From contig CAWBNQ010000014.1 of NCBI GenBank assembly GCA_963790205.1, positions 305,415 to 369,414 on the forward strand: a stretch of DNA of 64,000 nt, read 5' to 3'. Numbering within the stretch: the first letter of the stretch is position 1; each line of letters opens with the position of its first letter. The position numbers and the translations under genes were made by a program. Positions 20,801 through 30,379 of the stretch are shown piece after piece. The notes below the pieces were generated by a model. It made no database searches, was not told the origin of the DNA, and worked only from the letters and a program-made list of their open reading frames with translations. The stretch comes from Nitrospirota bacterium. GTDB taxonomy: Bacteria; Nitrospirota; UBA9217.

Positions 20801-21769
20801 GAGAGGAACAAGGGGCGTAAAGATCGCCGTCGTCCCGACATATTTGAGATCGCCGTAGATGGTCGTAGTTCCTTCGGTCACGAGAAAATGATACGGCGTG
20901 ATGGTCGCCAGGTTCATCGGTTCGCTGAAGGTGACGCTTATCGGCGTGTTTACATCGGCTGTCGAGGCATTCGAGAGTGGAAAGACAGAGGTGATGGTCG
21001 GCCGTATGACGTCATCAGTCGAACCGGTCTTGAAACTCGACACAAAGGCGTCCGTCATCGCGTTCTCTGCCAGATCCTTCACGCCTGTCGTGACGGTGAC
21101 GGTATATTGTGTGTTGTGAGAAAGACTGAATGTGGGTCTGAATGTGGCTGCTGCTGTCGCTCCGTTATACGATACAGCGCCGGGAATGTCCCCGTTCACA
21201 TTGCTGAGTTTTATCGTTGCCGGTGAGACCGTCGACGGATCCAGCGGCTCACTGAACACGATCGATATGACCGAGGAGGTACTAACACTTGTATTACCCT
21301 TGGCAGGCTGAATATCTACTACTCTGGGCGGGGTCGTGTCCGGCGCTGCGCCCGTCGTGAAGCTCCACACCTTGTCATCGACCATCGGATTGCCTGCCAG
21401 GTCCTTCACGCCGGCGCTCACCCATGCCGCATAAGAGGTGTTATATGCCAGATCATTGTCCGGTTTACACACGGCCGTCGTGCCGCTATAGCTCATGGTG
21501 CAGGGAACGAGAACGGTTCCTCCCCCGCTGAGCATGCCGAGCTGGAATTTTATGGTACTCTTCTCCACGGGTTCACTGAAGGTGGCGCTCAGGGCAATAT
21601 TCGTTGCGACATTGCTTTCCAAATAACCCGGCGTGGTAGCTACTATCGTGGGCGGCGTCGTATCAGGAGGGCCTGCAGGCCCTTTCCTGCCGCAGCCATT
21701 GAACAGCACCAGCGCTGTCAGGACACATATCAAGGCGGGATATGCGCTATTTTTTATTTTTGGTATCAT
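17897..21769 (-). CDS. Large surface lipoprotein: 4 Big_5 Ig-like domains plus about 11 InlB-B/Flg_new-like repeats
   Basis: Lipobox LFNG-C; DTTPP..FSEP..GVKDLAGN..WSFTT units; GSISPSG..FTI.P...Y.VADV.VDG.SVGAVTSYTF.NV...HTI.ASF units. Confidence 0.88.
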   Translation of the reverse strand: MIPKIKNSAYPALICVLTALVLFNGCGRKGPAGPPDTTPPTIVATTPGYLESNVATNIALSATFSEPVEKSTIKFQLGMLSGGGTVLVPCTMSYSGTTAVCKPDNDLAYNTSYAAWVSAGVKDLAGNPMVDDKVWSFTTGAAPDTTPPRVVDIQPAKGNTSVSTSSVISIVFSEPLDPSTVSPATIKLSNVNGDIPGAVSYNGATAAATFRPTFSLSHNTQYTVTVTTGVKDLAENAMTDAFVSSFKTGSTDDVIRPTITSVFPLSNASTADVNTPISVTFSEPMNLATITPYHFLVTEGTTTIYGDLKYVGTTAIFTPLVPLKYSTSHTVAIPGAVTDLAGNGMSSDYIWSFTTGTQATDTVQPSVLSTFPVNAQNNVPVYKQVVALLSETMLASSITPTTVQLVDQNGVGVPGHAAANGALIIFTPAQPLAYSTLYAATITSGVSDLAGNFLNPPAGYTWSFTTAAVASFDITSIAGAGGSITPSGAVSVSYAANKTFTIAPNTGYHIADVLVDGTSVGAVTTYTFNNVTADHTISASFAINTNTITTSAGPNGSISPSGAVPVNYGANQTFTIMPAANYQVADVLVDGSSVGAVTSYTFNNVTAVHTINASFAINTFTVTPSVSGGNGTISPATAQTVNYNGTTTFTLGPATGYHAVMSGTCGGTLSGDGLSYTTAAVTSNCTVVASFAINTNTITTSVVTSGTGTISPVNPSVNYGASQSFTITPTTGYQVADVLVDGGSVGAVTSYTFNNVTTTHTISASFAINTFTIAASADANGSISPSGSVSVNYGANQTFTFTPNTGYYVSNVMVDGSLVGLANSYTFNNITAPHTIAVSFSNNMYQITATATPTAGGTITPGTTLVPYGGNQSFTIQANTGYHILDVQVDTISAGPVTSYLFTSVKDNHTITASFAINTNTITASAGSNGGISPSGAVSVDYGANQSFTITPAANYHVADVQVDGGSVGAVTSYTFNNVTTTHTISASFTINTNTVTASAGSNGGISPSGAVSVDYGANQTFTITPAANYHVADVQVDGGSVGAVTSYTFNNVTTTHTISASFTINTNTVTASAGSNGGISPSGAVSVDYGANQTFTITPAANYHVADVQVDGGSVGAVTSYTFNNVTTTHTISASFTINTNTVTASAGSNGGISPSGAVSVDYGANQTFTITPAANYHVADVQVDGGSVGAVTSYTFNNVTTTHTISASFTINTYTITALNTDPNGTVSCTPTSVNYGSSSDCTIAPNGGYTVFDVLVDGNSIGAVTAHTFSSVAANHTISATFAVSGP
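18128..19020. repeat. Four near-identical 222-bp tandem coding repeats
   Basis: GATCGTATGCGTGGTCGTCACA recurs at about 18149, 18371, 18593 and 18815. Confidence 0.95.
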
Positions 21770-21945
21770 GCTTGTTACCTCGGGAGATCGATGTTATATC
21801 GGTCTCGCCCCGGGCGGCGTATCAGGCGGGGTCAGCGGCCCTTTTCTGCCGGGGTCGTTATCAGAACGGCCAAAACCGGCAAGAAGACCAGCAATCTATA
21901 TAACCTTGTGTGCTGCCCGAGAAACATGTTCTGCGAGCTTTAAGG

Positions 21946-23199
21946 CTAGAATTTATTGGTGAATTCTATCATGATCCTGTTATTCTGGTAGTTGCTCGTA
22001 TTATAGAGAGCAGGATCACGGACATCAGGAGAATAACTGTTCGTATACCGGTACGTAAACGCCAGGGTGCCGTTTTCCCAGCCATGATACTCATAGCGCA
22101 CTCCGGAGAGATACAGGTCCGAGTGGGTGTCGTACACATTGTCCTCCAGTCGCTGAATGGTCAGGTCGGCGAGGATATTTGATTGTTCAGTGATCGAGTG
22201 GCTTACGGTGCCGCTTAAGCTGTACGTCGATGACTCGAGGTGCTTCGTCAGGAAATTCCGGTACTCATTCAGGCTCCCGGTAATGCCGAGCGAGGTTCTT
22301 TCGACCTTTCTTGTGATGCTTGCCATGTACAGGTCTTCCCTTGTCAGGGTATGCGTGGGGTCCACGGCATTGCTCGACGTTGTCTCAAAATGGAACTTGA
22401 ATTTCGGGAACTGATGCGTAAATCCAGCGTTCCAGGATATCTGGGTTGCCGTCTTCCCCGGTACACGCAGCCATATGTTCCCGATCGAGCCGAACAGGAT
22501 GGAACCATCCAGGTATTCGTATCTCATTCCCGCTGAGAGCTCGTCCTGTTTGTAATCCTGGACCCGGTTCGTGTCCTGCGTGTATCGCGCGGCAACTGTC
22601 ATCGTCATCTGCGATGACAGTTCACGCCCCATTTCCGCATATGTTATATTGTCGATCTTATCGATGCCGATTGGGTCCTTGTACCAGATGTTCTGGTATA
22701 TGTACCCGACGTTCACTGACGTGCGGGCGCCGGGATGAAGCGTAATATAGGGGTTCGACGACAGGATATTCTGGTCCGACTGGTTCACGAACAGGCTCTG
22801 CTTCGTGAAGTCTCTCGCAAGGTCGAGCGATACCCTGCTGTAGGTATCGCGGACCGCGAGAAAAAGGAGGTCTTTTGAGAGCCTCGTAAGGTTGGTCAGG
22901 CTCGCCTCGTGGGTTTCGTCCTGCCGGAAGGCGGCCCGTGCGTAATACCGGTAATCATAGGCGTACGAGGCGTCCCAGTCCCACAAGGGGGCCTTGTAGG
23001 TGATGCCTATGGAGGGGACGACCCTCGTGATGAAATCAAACTCTTTGTCCCGGCGCGTTAAAAAGATATTGTCATTGTACTCTTCGCTGGCGGTTATCTC
23101 GGTTTGAAGGCGGTATTCCGCGGCCGCTGGTCCCACCGGGAGCAACAGGGTGATCATGACCATTGCTGCGATGGCAAGTGATCTCGATAGGACGCTCAA
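21946..23199 (-). CDS. PEP-CTERM system-associated outer-membrane beta-barrel (TIGR03016-like)
   Basis: Signal peptide, SEEYNDNIFL motif, alternating beta pattern, C-terminal F; position in the locus. Confidence 0.8.
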   Translation of the reverse strand: MSVLSRSLAIAAMVMITLLLPVGPAAAEYRLQTEITASEEYNDNIFLTRRDKEFDFITRVVPSIGITYKAPLWDWDASYAYDYRYYARAAFRQDETHEASLTNLTRLSKDLLFLAVRDTYSRVSLDLARDFTKQSLFVNQSDQNILSSNPYITLHPGARTSVNVGYIYQNIWYKDPIGIDKIDNITYAEMGRELSSQMTMTVAARYTQDTNRVQDYKQDELSAGMRYEYLDGSILFGSIGNIWLRVPGKTATQISWNAGFTHQFPKFKFHFETTSSNAVDPTHTLTREDLYMASITRKVERTSLGITGSLNEYRNFLTKHLESSTYSLSGTVSHSITEQSNILADLTIQRLEDNVYDTHSDLYLSGVRYEYHGWENGTLAFTYRYTNSYSPDVRDPALYNTSNYQNNRIMIEFTNKF

Positions 23200-23363
23200 G
23201 TCGTTTTAGATCCCCGGTGCAAGAGGTGATGGAATAGTACGGCGGACGTTCCCGGACCAGGCAGGCAATGCTCCGCCCTCTCAGTTACATGCGGTAACCG
23301 AAGAGGTGTCTTCTCTTCATGATGATGAACTGCCGTCGGAACATGCCGCTCAGAGCCCGGTCC

Positions 23364-23864
23364 CTATGCCTGCGCTATGTCGTCGGGACAGATCTTCAGA
23401 CCGACGCTCCTGCCGAGGATCTCAACGTTCACGCAAAACAGATGTTGATCCTCTTTCTTCATCAGTACGCCTTCGGCGCCTTGGAGCGGTCCACGCCGTA
23501 TCGTCACCCGGGCGCCCTCCTGGAACTGCGGGTACACATCAAAGGGTTGGCCGCTTGCGAACACGGCCTGAAGCGCCCGGATCTCCTCCGGAACGACCGG
23601 CGTCGGGTGACCGGGCTCGAGACAGACCAGGGCCACCGTGCCCCTTGCCTTGACCACGCGCTGAAACTCATGTGCAGAGCGCTCCAGGGAAACAAAAAGA
23701 TAGCCGGGGAACACGGGAAATTCGACGTTCTTCTTCCGGTCTCTCCACTGCTGCAGTCTCTTCACCGACGGGAGGAAGGTCTCAACGCCTTTGCTCATCA
23801 GATCATCGCGAGCGATGAATTCGTGCCTGGACTTTACCCAGAGTGCGTACCAGTTGGATCCCAT
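23364..23864 (-). CDS. UpxY/RfaH-type NusG-paralogue antiterminator
   Basis: WYALWVKSRHE, PVFPGYLFV, KOW motif VTIRRGPLQGAEG. Confidence 0.9.
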   Translation of the reverse strand: MGSNWYALWVKSRHEFIARDDLMSKGVETFLPSVKRLQQWRDRKKNVEFPVFPGYLFVSLERSAHEFQRVVKARGTVALVCLEPGHPTPVVPEEIRALQAVFASGQPFDVYPQFQEGARVTIRRGPLQGAEGVLMKKEDQHLFCVNVEILGRSVGLKICPDDIAQA

Positions 23865-23903
23865 GATCGTATCACCCCATGACCGTTCGCGGCCGCGACC
23901 GCG

Positions 23904-25118
23904 CTATCCCGCGCCGACGATGCGTCTGAAAAACCCGCGTATCGTGTCCGCTTCCTTCTGTGGGCTCGCTGCGCTTTCCAGGGCCGCCTGCGTATCGCCG
24001 TTATGCGGTGCCGGCGCCGATGGAGCGGCCGGAACGTTACTCTTCTGCGGGGACTGTTGTTCGTATTTTTCCAGGCGCTCAGGCCTGTATGCCAAACCGT
24101 CACGGTCGCGGGCCTGGACGCGCGCATGCTCCTTCTCGAGGGCCGTTACGCGGAGACTTACATCTTTCAACATCAACCGGATCTTTTTGTCGCCGTCCAG
24201 CCGGTTGGCCGGTTCGGGCGAAACGCTTCGGTCGACCTCTGCGGGTGACGTCCCGCGCGCGTTCAGAAGCGCCTGTTTCCCCGCGTTCGTGTCATCCTTG
24301 CTGCTGTCGCGCGTTTCACCTTGAATTTCCGTGACAATGTCGGCAACCATCTCCTGGTTGATCGTTTTTGTTTCCTCGGCAAAGGCGGTGAGCAAAAGAA
24401 AGTTGCAGAGGATGTTCACCAGCCTCGGGATCCCGGTGCTGAAGGAATAGATCAGATCCATGGCCTCGGGCGAGAACTGCACGGCGTCGCCGTTCCCGGC
24501 GACGGTGAGCCGGTGATGGATATACTCCTCGCATTCCCGCCTCGTGAGCGGGTAGAGATGGCAGACGATACTGACCCGTTGCCGAAGCTGCCGCAACTCG
24601 GCCAGGGAAAGCATCTGGGCGAGCTCGGGCTGGCCCACGAGAATAATCTGGAGCATCTTGGCGTCCTGGGTCTCCAGGTTCGACAGCAGCCTGACTTCTT
24701 CAAGCACCGTTGAAGTCAAATTTTGGGCTTCGTCAATGATGAGGATCGGCGAGCGCCCCTTCCCGTGTTCCTCGACGAGGAACTGATTGAGTTCCTTCAG
24801 GAGGGTGACTTTGTTCTTTCCAGCGCTGTCCAGGCCGAAATCATCGTTGATCATGGCAAGCAGTTGCTCGAAGTTCACTTTGGTGTTGAACACCTTTGCC
24901 AGGGTGGCCCGGTGGTCGAGCCGATTGATGAAGTCCCTGAGGAGCGTGGTCTTACCCGATCCCACCTCACCCGTGAGCAGCATGAATCCCGTCTTCTCCT
25001 GCACCACGTAGTTGAGATAGGTCATGGCCTTTTTGTGCGTGGCGCCAAGGAACAGGAAGTCGGGGTTCGGCACAAGCTCGAAGGGTTTTCTTTTCAAGTC
25101 AAAAAAACGTTCGTACAT
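23904..25118 (-). CDS. XrtA/PEP-CTERM-associated ExeA-like AAA ATPase
   Basis: MYERFFDLKRKPF, GEVGSGKT, IIDEAQNL, LVGQPEL, GIPRLVN. Confidence 0.92.
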   Translation of the reverse strand: MYERFFDLKRKPFELVPNPDFLFLGATHKKAMTYLNYVVQEKTGFMLLTGEVGSGKTTLLRDFINRLDHRATLAKVFNTKVNFEQLLAMINDDFGLDSAGKNKVTLLKELNQFLVEEHGKGRSPILIIDEAQNLTSTVLEEVRLLSNLETQDAKMLQIILVGQPELAQMLSLAELRQLRQRVSIVCHLYPLTRRECEEYIHHRLTVAGNGDAVQFSPEAMDLIYSFSTGIPRLVNILCNFLLLTAFAEETKTINQEMVADIVTEIQGETRDSSKDDTNAGKQALLNARGTSPAEVDRSVSPEPANRLDGDKKIRLMLKDVSLRVTALEKEHARVQARDRDGLAYRPERLEKYEQQSPQKSNVPAAPSAPAPHNGDTQAALESAASPQKEADTIRGFFRRIVGAG

Positions 25119-25141
25119 GGAAGTTCCCCTGCTGCCCTCAT

Positions 25142-25966
25142 TTATTTCGCATAATCATGGTAGTACGCGTGGTACGTCGAGCGCCCCTTCAGACCGTCCG
25201 GCCCAACGCCGTTGTAGACGATGCCCAGGATGTTCTCGCCTTTCAGCGCGTCAAGAGCGTCGAGGATGTGCTGCAGCGGGGCCCGTCCTTCCTTGACGAC
25301 GAAGATGACGCCGTCTGCGAACGCGCTCATCATCTTCGTCTCGGCAAAGAGCAACACTGGCGGTGTGTCGATGATGATGTAGCGATCGGGATACCGGTAT
25401 TTTATGTCGACGAGTGCTTTCTGCATGCGCTGTGAGGAAACGAGCTCGACCGGATCCTCGCTTCGTTTTCCCGACGACAGGAACGTCAGGTTCCCGTTGC
25501 CGAGCGTGATGAGCGAGGAGCCAATGTCCCGGTCTTCAGCAACACAGTCGGACAGCCCGCTCTCGGGCGTCACTTGGAACAACCGGTGGAGCGCCGGTTT
25601 CCGCAGGTCCGCGTCGATGAGCAGCACGGAATGGTCGTAGTCCTGCGACAGCGAGAGGGCCAGGTTCGCCGCCGTCAAGCTTTTTCCTTCACCGCCCACA
25701 GCGCTCGTCACGAGTATCACGTTCTTCCGCGGTTCCTGCTTTGTCATCCTGATGATCAGTGACTTCAGTTTTTTATACTCCTCGGACGCCGGCGAATGAG
25801 GTTTGTGGTATGCGACAAGATACGGATTGTCGATCGGTACGGCGCCCGCGGCCGCTTGAGAGATCTTCCGTTGCCGATGAGCATCCGTCTCCTGGGATCT
25901 TCCGCTCCCGGTATGTCCGTCTCGCAGCTTCGATGCCTTCTCCAGGGCATTCTCTATCCTGCTCAT
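25142..25966 (-). CDS. XrtA-associated tyrosine autokinase (Wzc C-domain/CapB-like)
   Basis: MSRIENALEKA, GGEGKS, IDADLRKP, IIDTPP, C-terminal Tyr cluster. Confidence 0.92.
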   Translation of the reverse strand: MSRIENALEKASKLRDGHTGSGRSQETDAHRQRKISQAAAGAVPIDNPYLVAYHKPHSPASEEYKKLKSLIIRMTKQEPRKNVILVTSAVGGEGKSLTAANLALSLSQDYDHSVLLIDADLRKPALHRLFQVTPESGLSDCVAEDRDIGSSLITLGNGNLTFLSSGKRSEDPVELVSSQRMQKALVDIKYRYPDRYIIIDTPPVLLFAETKMMSAFADGVIFVVKEGRAPLQHILDALDALKGENILGIVYNGVGPDGLKGRSTYHAYYHDYAK

Positions 25967-25989
25967 GCGCGCGCTCTCCTTTGCACCGG

Positions 25990-27357
25990 TCACCAGATTC
26001 GTTGCAGCGAAGTCTTGATCTCCGTTTGGGTCCCTTGCACGATATTGTCCACGTAGGGGAGCCCCAGCATCTCGATCAGAACGATTGCCATGAGGCCCGT
26101 CAGATACACCCCGACAGCGGTATAGAGCAGCCGGTCTTTTTTCCGGGTCCGTGCCGCTTCCTGAACGGTCTGTATGGTCGGGATGATGGCAAGGACCGGC
26201 AGCCCCAGTTTTTTCACCGCTTCGACTGACCGCAGCGAGGTGTCCAGAAGGTCCAGACCGATAACGACGCCGAAACCGGCCGCGATCCCTCCCAATATGC
26301 CTATCAGGATCATTTTTATGACGTTCCGGCTGATAGGCCTGGTGGGAACGATGGCGGGTTCGACGATCTTGAAGGCGCCGGCCTTGTCATGGATCTCCAC
26401 CTGCGTCGAAAACTCTGATTTGCCGAGCGTTGCAAGCAGTTCTTCGTAAATTTTTTTGTTCATATCCCGCTCATGCTGCAGGTCCAGAAGGCTTTTCTTC
26501 CCTGCCGGCACATCGCGCGCAGGGCCGGGTCCCTCTGCGTCTCGAGCAGGCTCACCACGCTCACCATCAGCAGCCATTCCCGCGCCGGGTGATGTTTCCG
26601 TACCACCCTTTTTCAATTTCGTCTGCTCCTGGAGCTGTTCGATCTCCGCCTTTACCTTTATTACTTCCGGATGGTTCTCGGTATACTGCATCAGGAGCTC
26701 GCTCAGCCTCTTCTGCAAGAGGGTCAGCCGTTCATTCTGCACGACCCATTTATCTTTCCTGATCCTGGCGATCTCCGCCTCGGTCCGCGCGATTTTTTTC
26801 TTAAAGAGATCGATCTGCTCCAGCAGGAACTGGTTCGCGCCGTATACCTCCTCCTGCTTCATGGAGAGATTGTCCGTGATGTAGCGCCGGATGAGGGCGT
26901 TGACATAGTTGCTCGCAAAGTTCGGATCCCTGCCGATGAACGACACGATGAACACGTCCATGTCCTGCCGGTTCCCCGCGTTCGTATCGGCCCTGATCTC
27001 GGTGGCGTTCTGAAAGCCCCTGACCATGCCCTCGACGTCCTCGGCGCTTCTGTTGTGGACGTCGATGTCAAGGTCGGCCAGGACCTTCATGAGAAAATTT
27101 CTGCTTTTCATGACGATCGAAAGGGCCCTGGTCCTGTCTTCGAACGAAGGCGAGATCGTAACGTTCTTTACCAGGTCGTTGATGAGGCTCCGCTCGATGA
27201 AGATGATGGATTTCGCTTCATAGAGCTTCGGCTTCAGATAAGCGGCGATGACCAGAACGGTCGTGACGATCATGACGATCAGCGCGAAGAGCACCCGTTT
27301 TGTGTAGATCAGGCGGGCGTATTTGCCGATATCGAGTTCAGTCGATTGTTGCTCCAC
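25990..27357 (-). CDS. XrtA-system polysaccharide chain-length determinant
   Basis: Two TM segments flanking a coiled coil; YTENHPEV and IVEPAIVP motifs. Confidence 0.9.
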   Translation of the reverse strand: MEQQSTELDIGKYARLIYTKRVLFALIVMIVTTVLVIAAYLKPKLYEAKSIIFIERSLINDLVKNVTISPSFEDRTRALSIVMKSRNFLMKVLADLDIDVHNRSAEDVEGMVRGFQNATEIRADTNAGNRQDMDVFIVSFIGRDPNFASNYVNALIRRYITDNLSMKQEEVYGANQFLLEQIDLFKKKIARTEAEIARIRKDKWVVQNERLTLLQKRLSELLMQYTENHPEVIKVKAEIEQLQEQTKLKKGGTETSPGAGMAADGERGEPARDAEGPGPARDVPAGKKSLLDLQHERDMNKKIYEELLATLGKSEFSTQVEIHDKAGAFKIVEPAIVPTRPISRNVIKMILIGILGGIAAGFGVVIGLDLLDTSLRSVEAVKKLGLPVLAIIPTIQTVQEAARTRKKDRLLYTAVGVYLTGLMAIVLIEMLGLPYVDNIVQGTQTEIKTSLQRIW

Positions 27358-27368
27358 TGCCGCACCCC

Positions 27369-28181
27369 CTAAAAGAGGCCCTCTTTCACGACGACGTAAT
27401 CACCCGGCTTGAGCTTGGTATTCTGCCTGAGGTCGCCATCGTTGATCAGCCGATTAATCTTGACCGGAATGGTCACTTCTTGTTGGTCATCGCCCTTCCG
27501 GTAAATGATCGTATCATTCTGGTTCGCGAACTTGTTGAATCCGCCCGCCTCGAGGATCGCTTCCATGACGGTCATGCCTTCACGGTATTCGATGAACTTC
27601 GGTGCGTTCACGGCGCCCATGACGTACACGTTCTTGTCGGTATTGGTGGGAAGGAAGATAACGTCATTCGGCTCGATCTCGAGGTCTTCAGCGGTGTCGC
27701 CCTGGATGAACAGATGGAAGAAATCGGTCTTGATCTTCTTGCCGTTTCGCAGCACATAGGCCCGTTTGAGGTCCGCTTTCTTTGCATCTTCGGTCTGACA
27801 CAGCAGCTGCAGCAGCGTCGTCCGCTGCGCCAGCGAATAAACGCCGGACTTGACCCCGCCGCCGAAGATGTATACTTTATTGTTCGTGATCTCCGTCACG
27901 ATCACCGTTACGATCGGATTTTTAACTATGCCCTTGAGGTTCCCCGTCAGTATCGTCTGAAGGTTCTTGGCAGTCGTATTCGCAGCCGTCACTTCGCCAA
28001 GGGCCGGCAGCGTGATCTTTCCATCGGGCCGTACTTTCACCGCAAGGCTCAGGTCTTTTTCTCCCCAGACCGAGATCTGCAGCGTGTCACCTTCGCCGAT
28101 GACGTAGTCGCCTCCGCAGACGACAAGCGGAACGAGGAGCAGCAGTACGAGCGGAAGCAGGGTGCGTTTCCAGAACATCAT
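27369..28181 (-). CDS. Polysaccharide export protein (Wza-like, SLBB domains)
   Basis: YVIGEGDTLQISVW, VRPDGKITLP, EAGGF, LKPGD. Confidence 0.9.
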   Translation of the reverse strand: MMFWKRTLLPLVLLLLVPLVVCGGDYVIGEGDTLQISVWGEKDLSLAVKVRPDGKITLPALGEVTAANTTAKNLQTILTGNLKGIVKNPIVTVIVTEITNNKVYIFGGGVKSGVYSLAQRTTLLQLLCQTEDAKKADLKRAYVLRNGKKIKTDFFHLFIQGDTAEDLEIEPNDVIFLPTNTDKNVYVMGAVNAPKFIEYREGMTVMEAILEAGGFNKFANQNDTIIYRKGDDQQEVTIPVKINRLINDGDLRQNTKLKPGDYVVVKEGLF

Positions 28182-29548
28182 CTTCCTCCTCTTCCAAAGA
28201 GAACGACCTTGATCGTTTCGAGGACAATCAGAAGATCGAGCAGCGGAGATATGTTCTTAATGTAGTACAGGTCGAACGTCAGTTTTTCTATTGCATCCTC
28301 GACCGACGCGGCATAGGGATATTTTATCTGTGCCCACCCGGTGATCCCCGGTTTGACGAAATGCCGCTCTGAGTAGTAAGGGATGATCTGTTGCAGCTTC
28401 TCGACGAATTCGGGCCGTTCCGGCCGCGGCCCGATAAGGCTCATATCGCCTTTGAGCACGTTCCACAGCTGCGGAAGCTCATCGAGACGCACCTTGCGCA
28501 AAACCTTTCCGATGCTCGTAACGCGCTGATCGTCCTTCTGCGCCCAGACCGCCCCGGTCCTGCTTTCGGCGTCTTTGCGCATGGTCCTGAACTTGAGCAA
28601 CTCGAAGGGTTTTTCCCGCATACCGACCCGAGTCTGCCTGAATAAGATCGGGAACCCTGAATCGAGCACAATCGTGAGGGCAAGCAGCGGCAGAAGGGGC
28701 AGCGCAACAAGCAGACCGAGCACGGCGGCCGTGATGTCGAAGAGCCGCTTGTACATCCGCATGGCAGATGTCATCCTGAAGCCGTCGCTGAAAATGATCC
28801 AGCTCGGCCGCAGGTTTTCGAGTAGCAGCTGCCCAGTCATCTCTTCGTAAAAAGACGGCGCATCGACGACCTCTATTCCGCTTAATTTACAAGAAAGGAC
28901 GTCGCGCACCGGCAGCGCGCCGCGGCGCTCGGACAGCGAGACCACGATCTTCTGGGCATTTTCACGGCGTACCGCCTCGATCAGTCCGGCATCACCGCCC
29001 ACGATGGCCTGGGGAGGCACGGCACAGGTTTCACTATCACAGCTATAATACCCGCGCAGCACATGTTGGTGGTTCGTCGCGGTGATAATGCCCCCTATCT
29101 TCTGCGCCACGAGACCGGTCCCGAGGACCAGGACCTTTCTCGCCAGTCCGGTGGAATTGATGTAGGCCGTATACACGATGTGCCACAGAAGCTGGAAGAC
29201 GCCGAAAGCGCCGATGGACAGCGCGAAGAAACCCCTCCCGATTTTGACGGCCGGCAGAACATAGTAGAGTGCCGAAAGGAAAAGAAACGACAACAGCAGA
29301 CCCATCGCTATCCTCGCTGCGCGCTCCTTGGTGGTCATTGATTTATTGCTGTTATACAGCTCTACCATAAAGGATGAGAACATGATTCCGATGACAAAAA
29401 ACGGAAGCTGTTCTATCTTCACTTGCAACACTCCCTCAGCGAGAGGAACCATGCCGAATCTGAGGCCGAAACCCGCGTACACGGCGCACAGGGCGAGAAG
29501 AAAATCGCCTAATAACAGTACCAGGATAGTTTTGTCGTTCACTTTCAC
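28178..29548 (-). CDS. TIGR03013-type PEP-CTERM system sugar transferase (priming glycosyltransferase)
   Basis: [53 protein letters not shown]. Confidence 0.93.
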   Translation of the reverse strand: MKVNDKTILVLLLGDFLLALCAVYAGFGLRFGMVPLAEGVLQVKIEQLPFFVIGIMFSSFMVELYNSNKSMTTKERAARIAMGLLLSFLFLSALYYVLPAVKIGRGFFALSIGAFGVFQLLWHIVYTAYINSTGLARKVLVLGTGLVAQKIGGIITATNHQHVLRGYYSCDSETCAVPPQAIVGGDAGLIEAVRRENAQKIVVSLSERRGALPVRDVLSCKLSGIEVVDAPSFYEEMTGQLLLENLRPSWIIFSDGFRMTSAMRMYKRLFDITAAVLGLLVALPLLPLLALTIVLDSGFPILFRQTRVGMREKPFELLKFRTMRKDAESRTGAVWAQKDDQRVTSIGKVLRKVRLDELPQLWNVLKGDMSLIGPRPERPEFVEKLQQIIPYYSERHFVKPGITGWAQIKYPYAASVEDAIEKLTFDLYYIKNISPLLDLLIVLETIKVVLFGRGGR

Positions 29549-29637
29549 TGCAGCACCCTTTCAGACGGTTGAAAATATTTACCCCGATTTACGCTGCGCA
29601 TCCATAACAGCAACAGTCTCTGCCCTTTCGTATTTCC

Positions 29638-29935
29638 TCACTGTGTCCGTGACCTTGTTCCGCCGTTCAATTGAGAAAGGAGGACAGTTGCCTGCCGGTA
29701 TTCCGGGAAATCACCGAGACCGAGAACCTTCTGCAGATATTTTACGGCCGCACCAATCTTGCATCGAAATAGTTTTGGTCCTTTTCGAGTGCATCCTTGA
29801 AAAAGAGGATCGCGCTCCCGGGATTATTCGCTTCAAGGTGCTTCATCCCTTGGGTGAAGAATGCTTCCTTTGCTTTATGTCGATCGGTGCACCCCCGGCA
29901 AAAAGGAGAACAACAGCCAAAGCGATTGAGACCAT
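29638..29935 (-). pseudogene. prsT: Collapsed relic of the PEP-CTERM TPR lipoprotein PrsT (N- and C-termini fused)
   Basis: Frameshifted lipoprotein leader MVSIALAVVLLFAG/C, then KEAFFTQGMKHLEANNPGSAILFFKDALEKDQNYFDARL, then after a frame change AAVKYLQKVLGLGDFPEYRQATVLLSQL; directly upstream of the TIGR03013 gene. Confidence 0.7.
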
Positions 29936-29936
29936 T

Positions 29937-30320
29937 TTATACAAGGCTGTATCCTCCTTGTGCGGTGATTTCGCCACTTATCACCTGTTTAACAAGATTT
30001 TTGAATTTATCGTAATCGATCGGTTTCATCATGCAGAACGAATTGCCGTAGTTGTTCAGGATATCGATGAGGTTTTCATCGAAATTGTCGCAGAGGATGA
30101 TGGTTGGGATGTACCTTTTTTTGATTTCGTAGAACACCGATGTGCAATAAGGATAACTGGTGACGATAAGCCCAATCGCATCATTGTTCAATTTCGACGA
30201 AAGTTCGTTGGTTTGCGAAACCGTGTCCGTCTCGTACCCCACTCTTTCAAGAATGGCCGAACAGATTTTTGAAAAACCGTATTCGTCTATGATCAGAATA
30301 CTATTTTGCAGTTTTGCCAT
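29937..30320 (-). CDS. Stand-alone atypical receiver-like protein
   Basis: ILIIDE..ILERVGY..LIVTSYP..PTIIL..MKPID CheY-like pattern; Ser where the phospho-Asp is expected. Confidence 0.7.
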   Translation of the reverse strand: MAKLQNSILIIDEYGFSKICSAILERVGYETDTVSQTNELSSKLNNDAIGLIVTSYPYCTSVFYEIKKRYIPTIILCDNFDENLIDILNNYGNSFCMMKPIDYDKFKNLVKQVISGEITAQGGYSLV

Positions 30321-30331
30321 GGTTGAGATTG

Positions 30332-30379
30332 AGCAAGTTTGATGCCTGTTTTCTTTAAAGACGGATTATCAATGTGTTA
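30332..30379 (-). promoter_or_regulatory. Sigma54 -24/-12 promoter with adjacent IHF site for the EPS operon
   Basis: Minus strand AGGCATCAAACTTGCT (GG-N10-GC); TATCAATGTGTTA at 30367-30379 matches IHF WATCAANNNNTTR. Confidence 0.7.

Noticed and set aside
23255..23285. ops-like element GGCGGAGCATTG downstream of upxY
   Set aside because: Only a partial match to GGCGGTAG; cannot be supported
29328..30272. 314-aa plus-strand ORF
   Set aside because: Antisense to the sugar transferase, prsT relic and receiver gene
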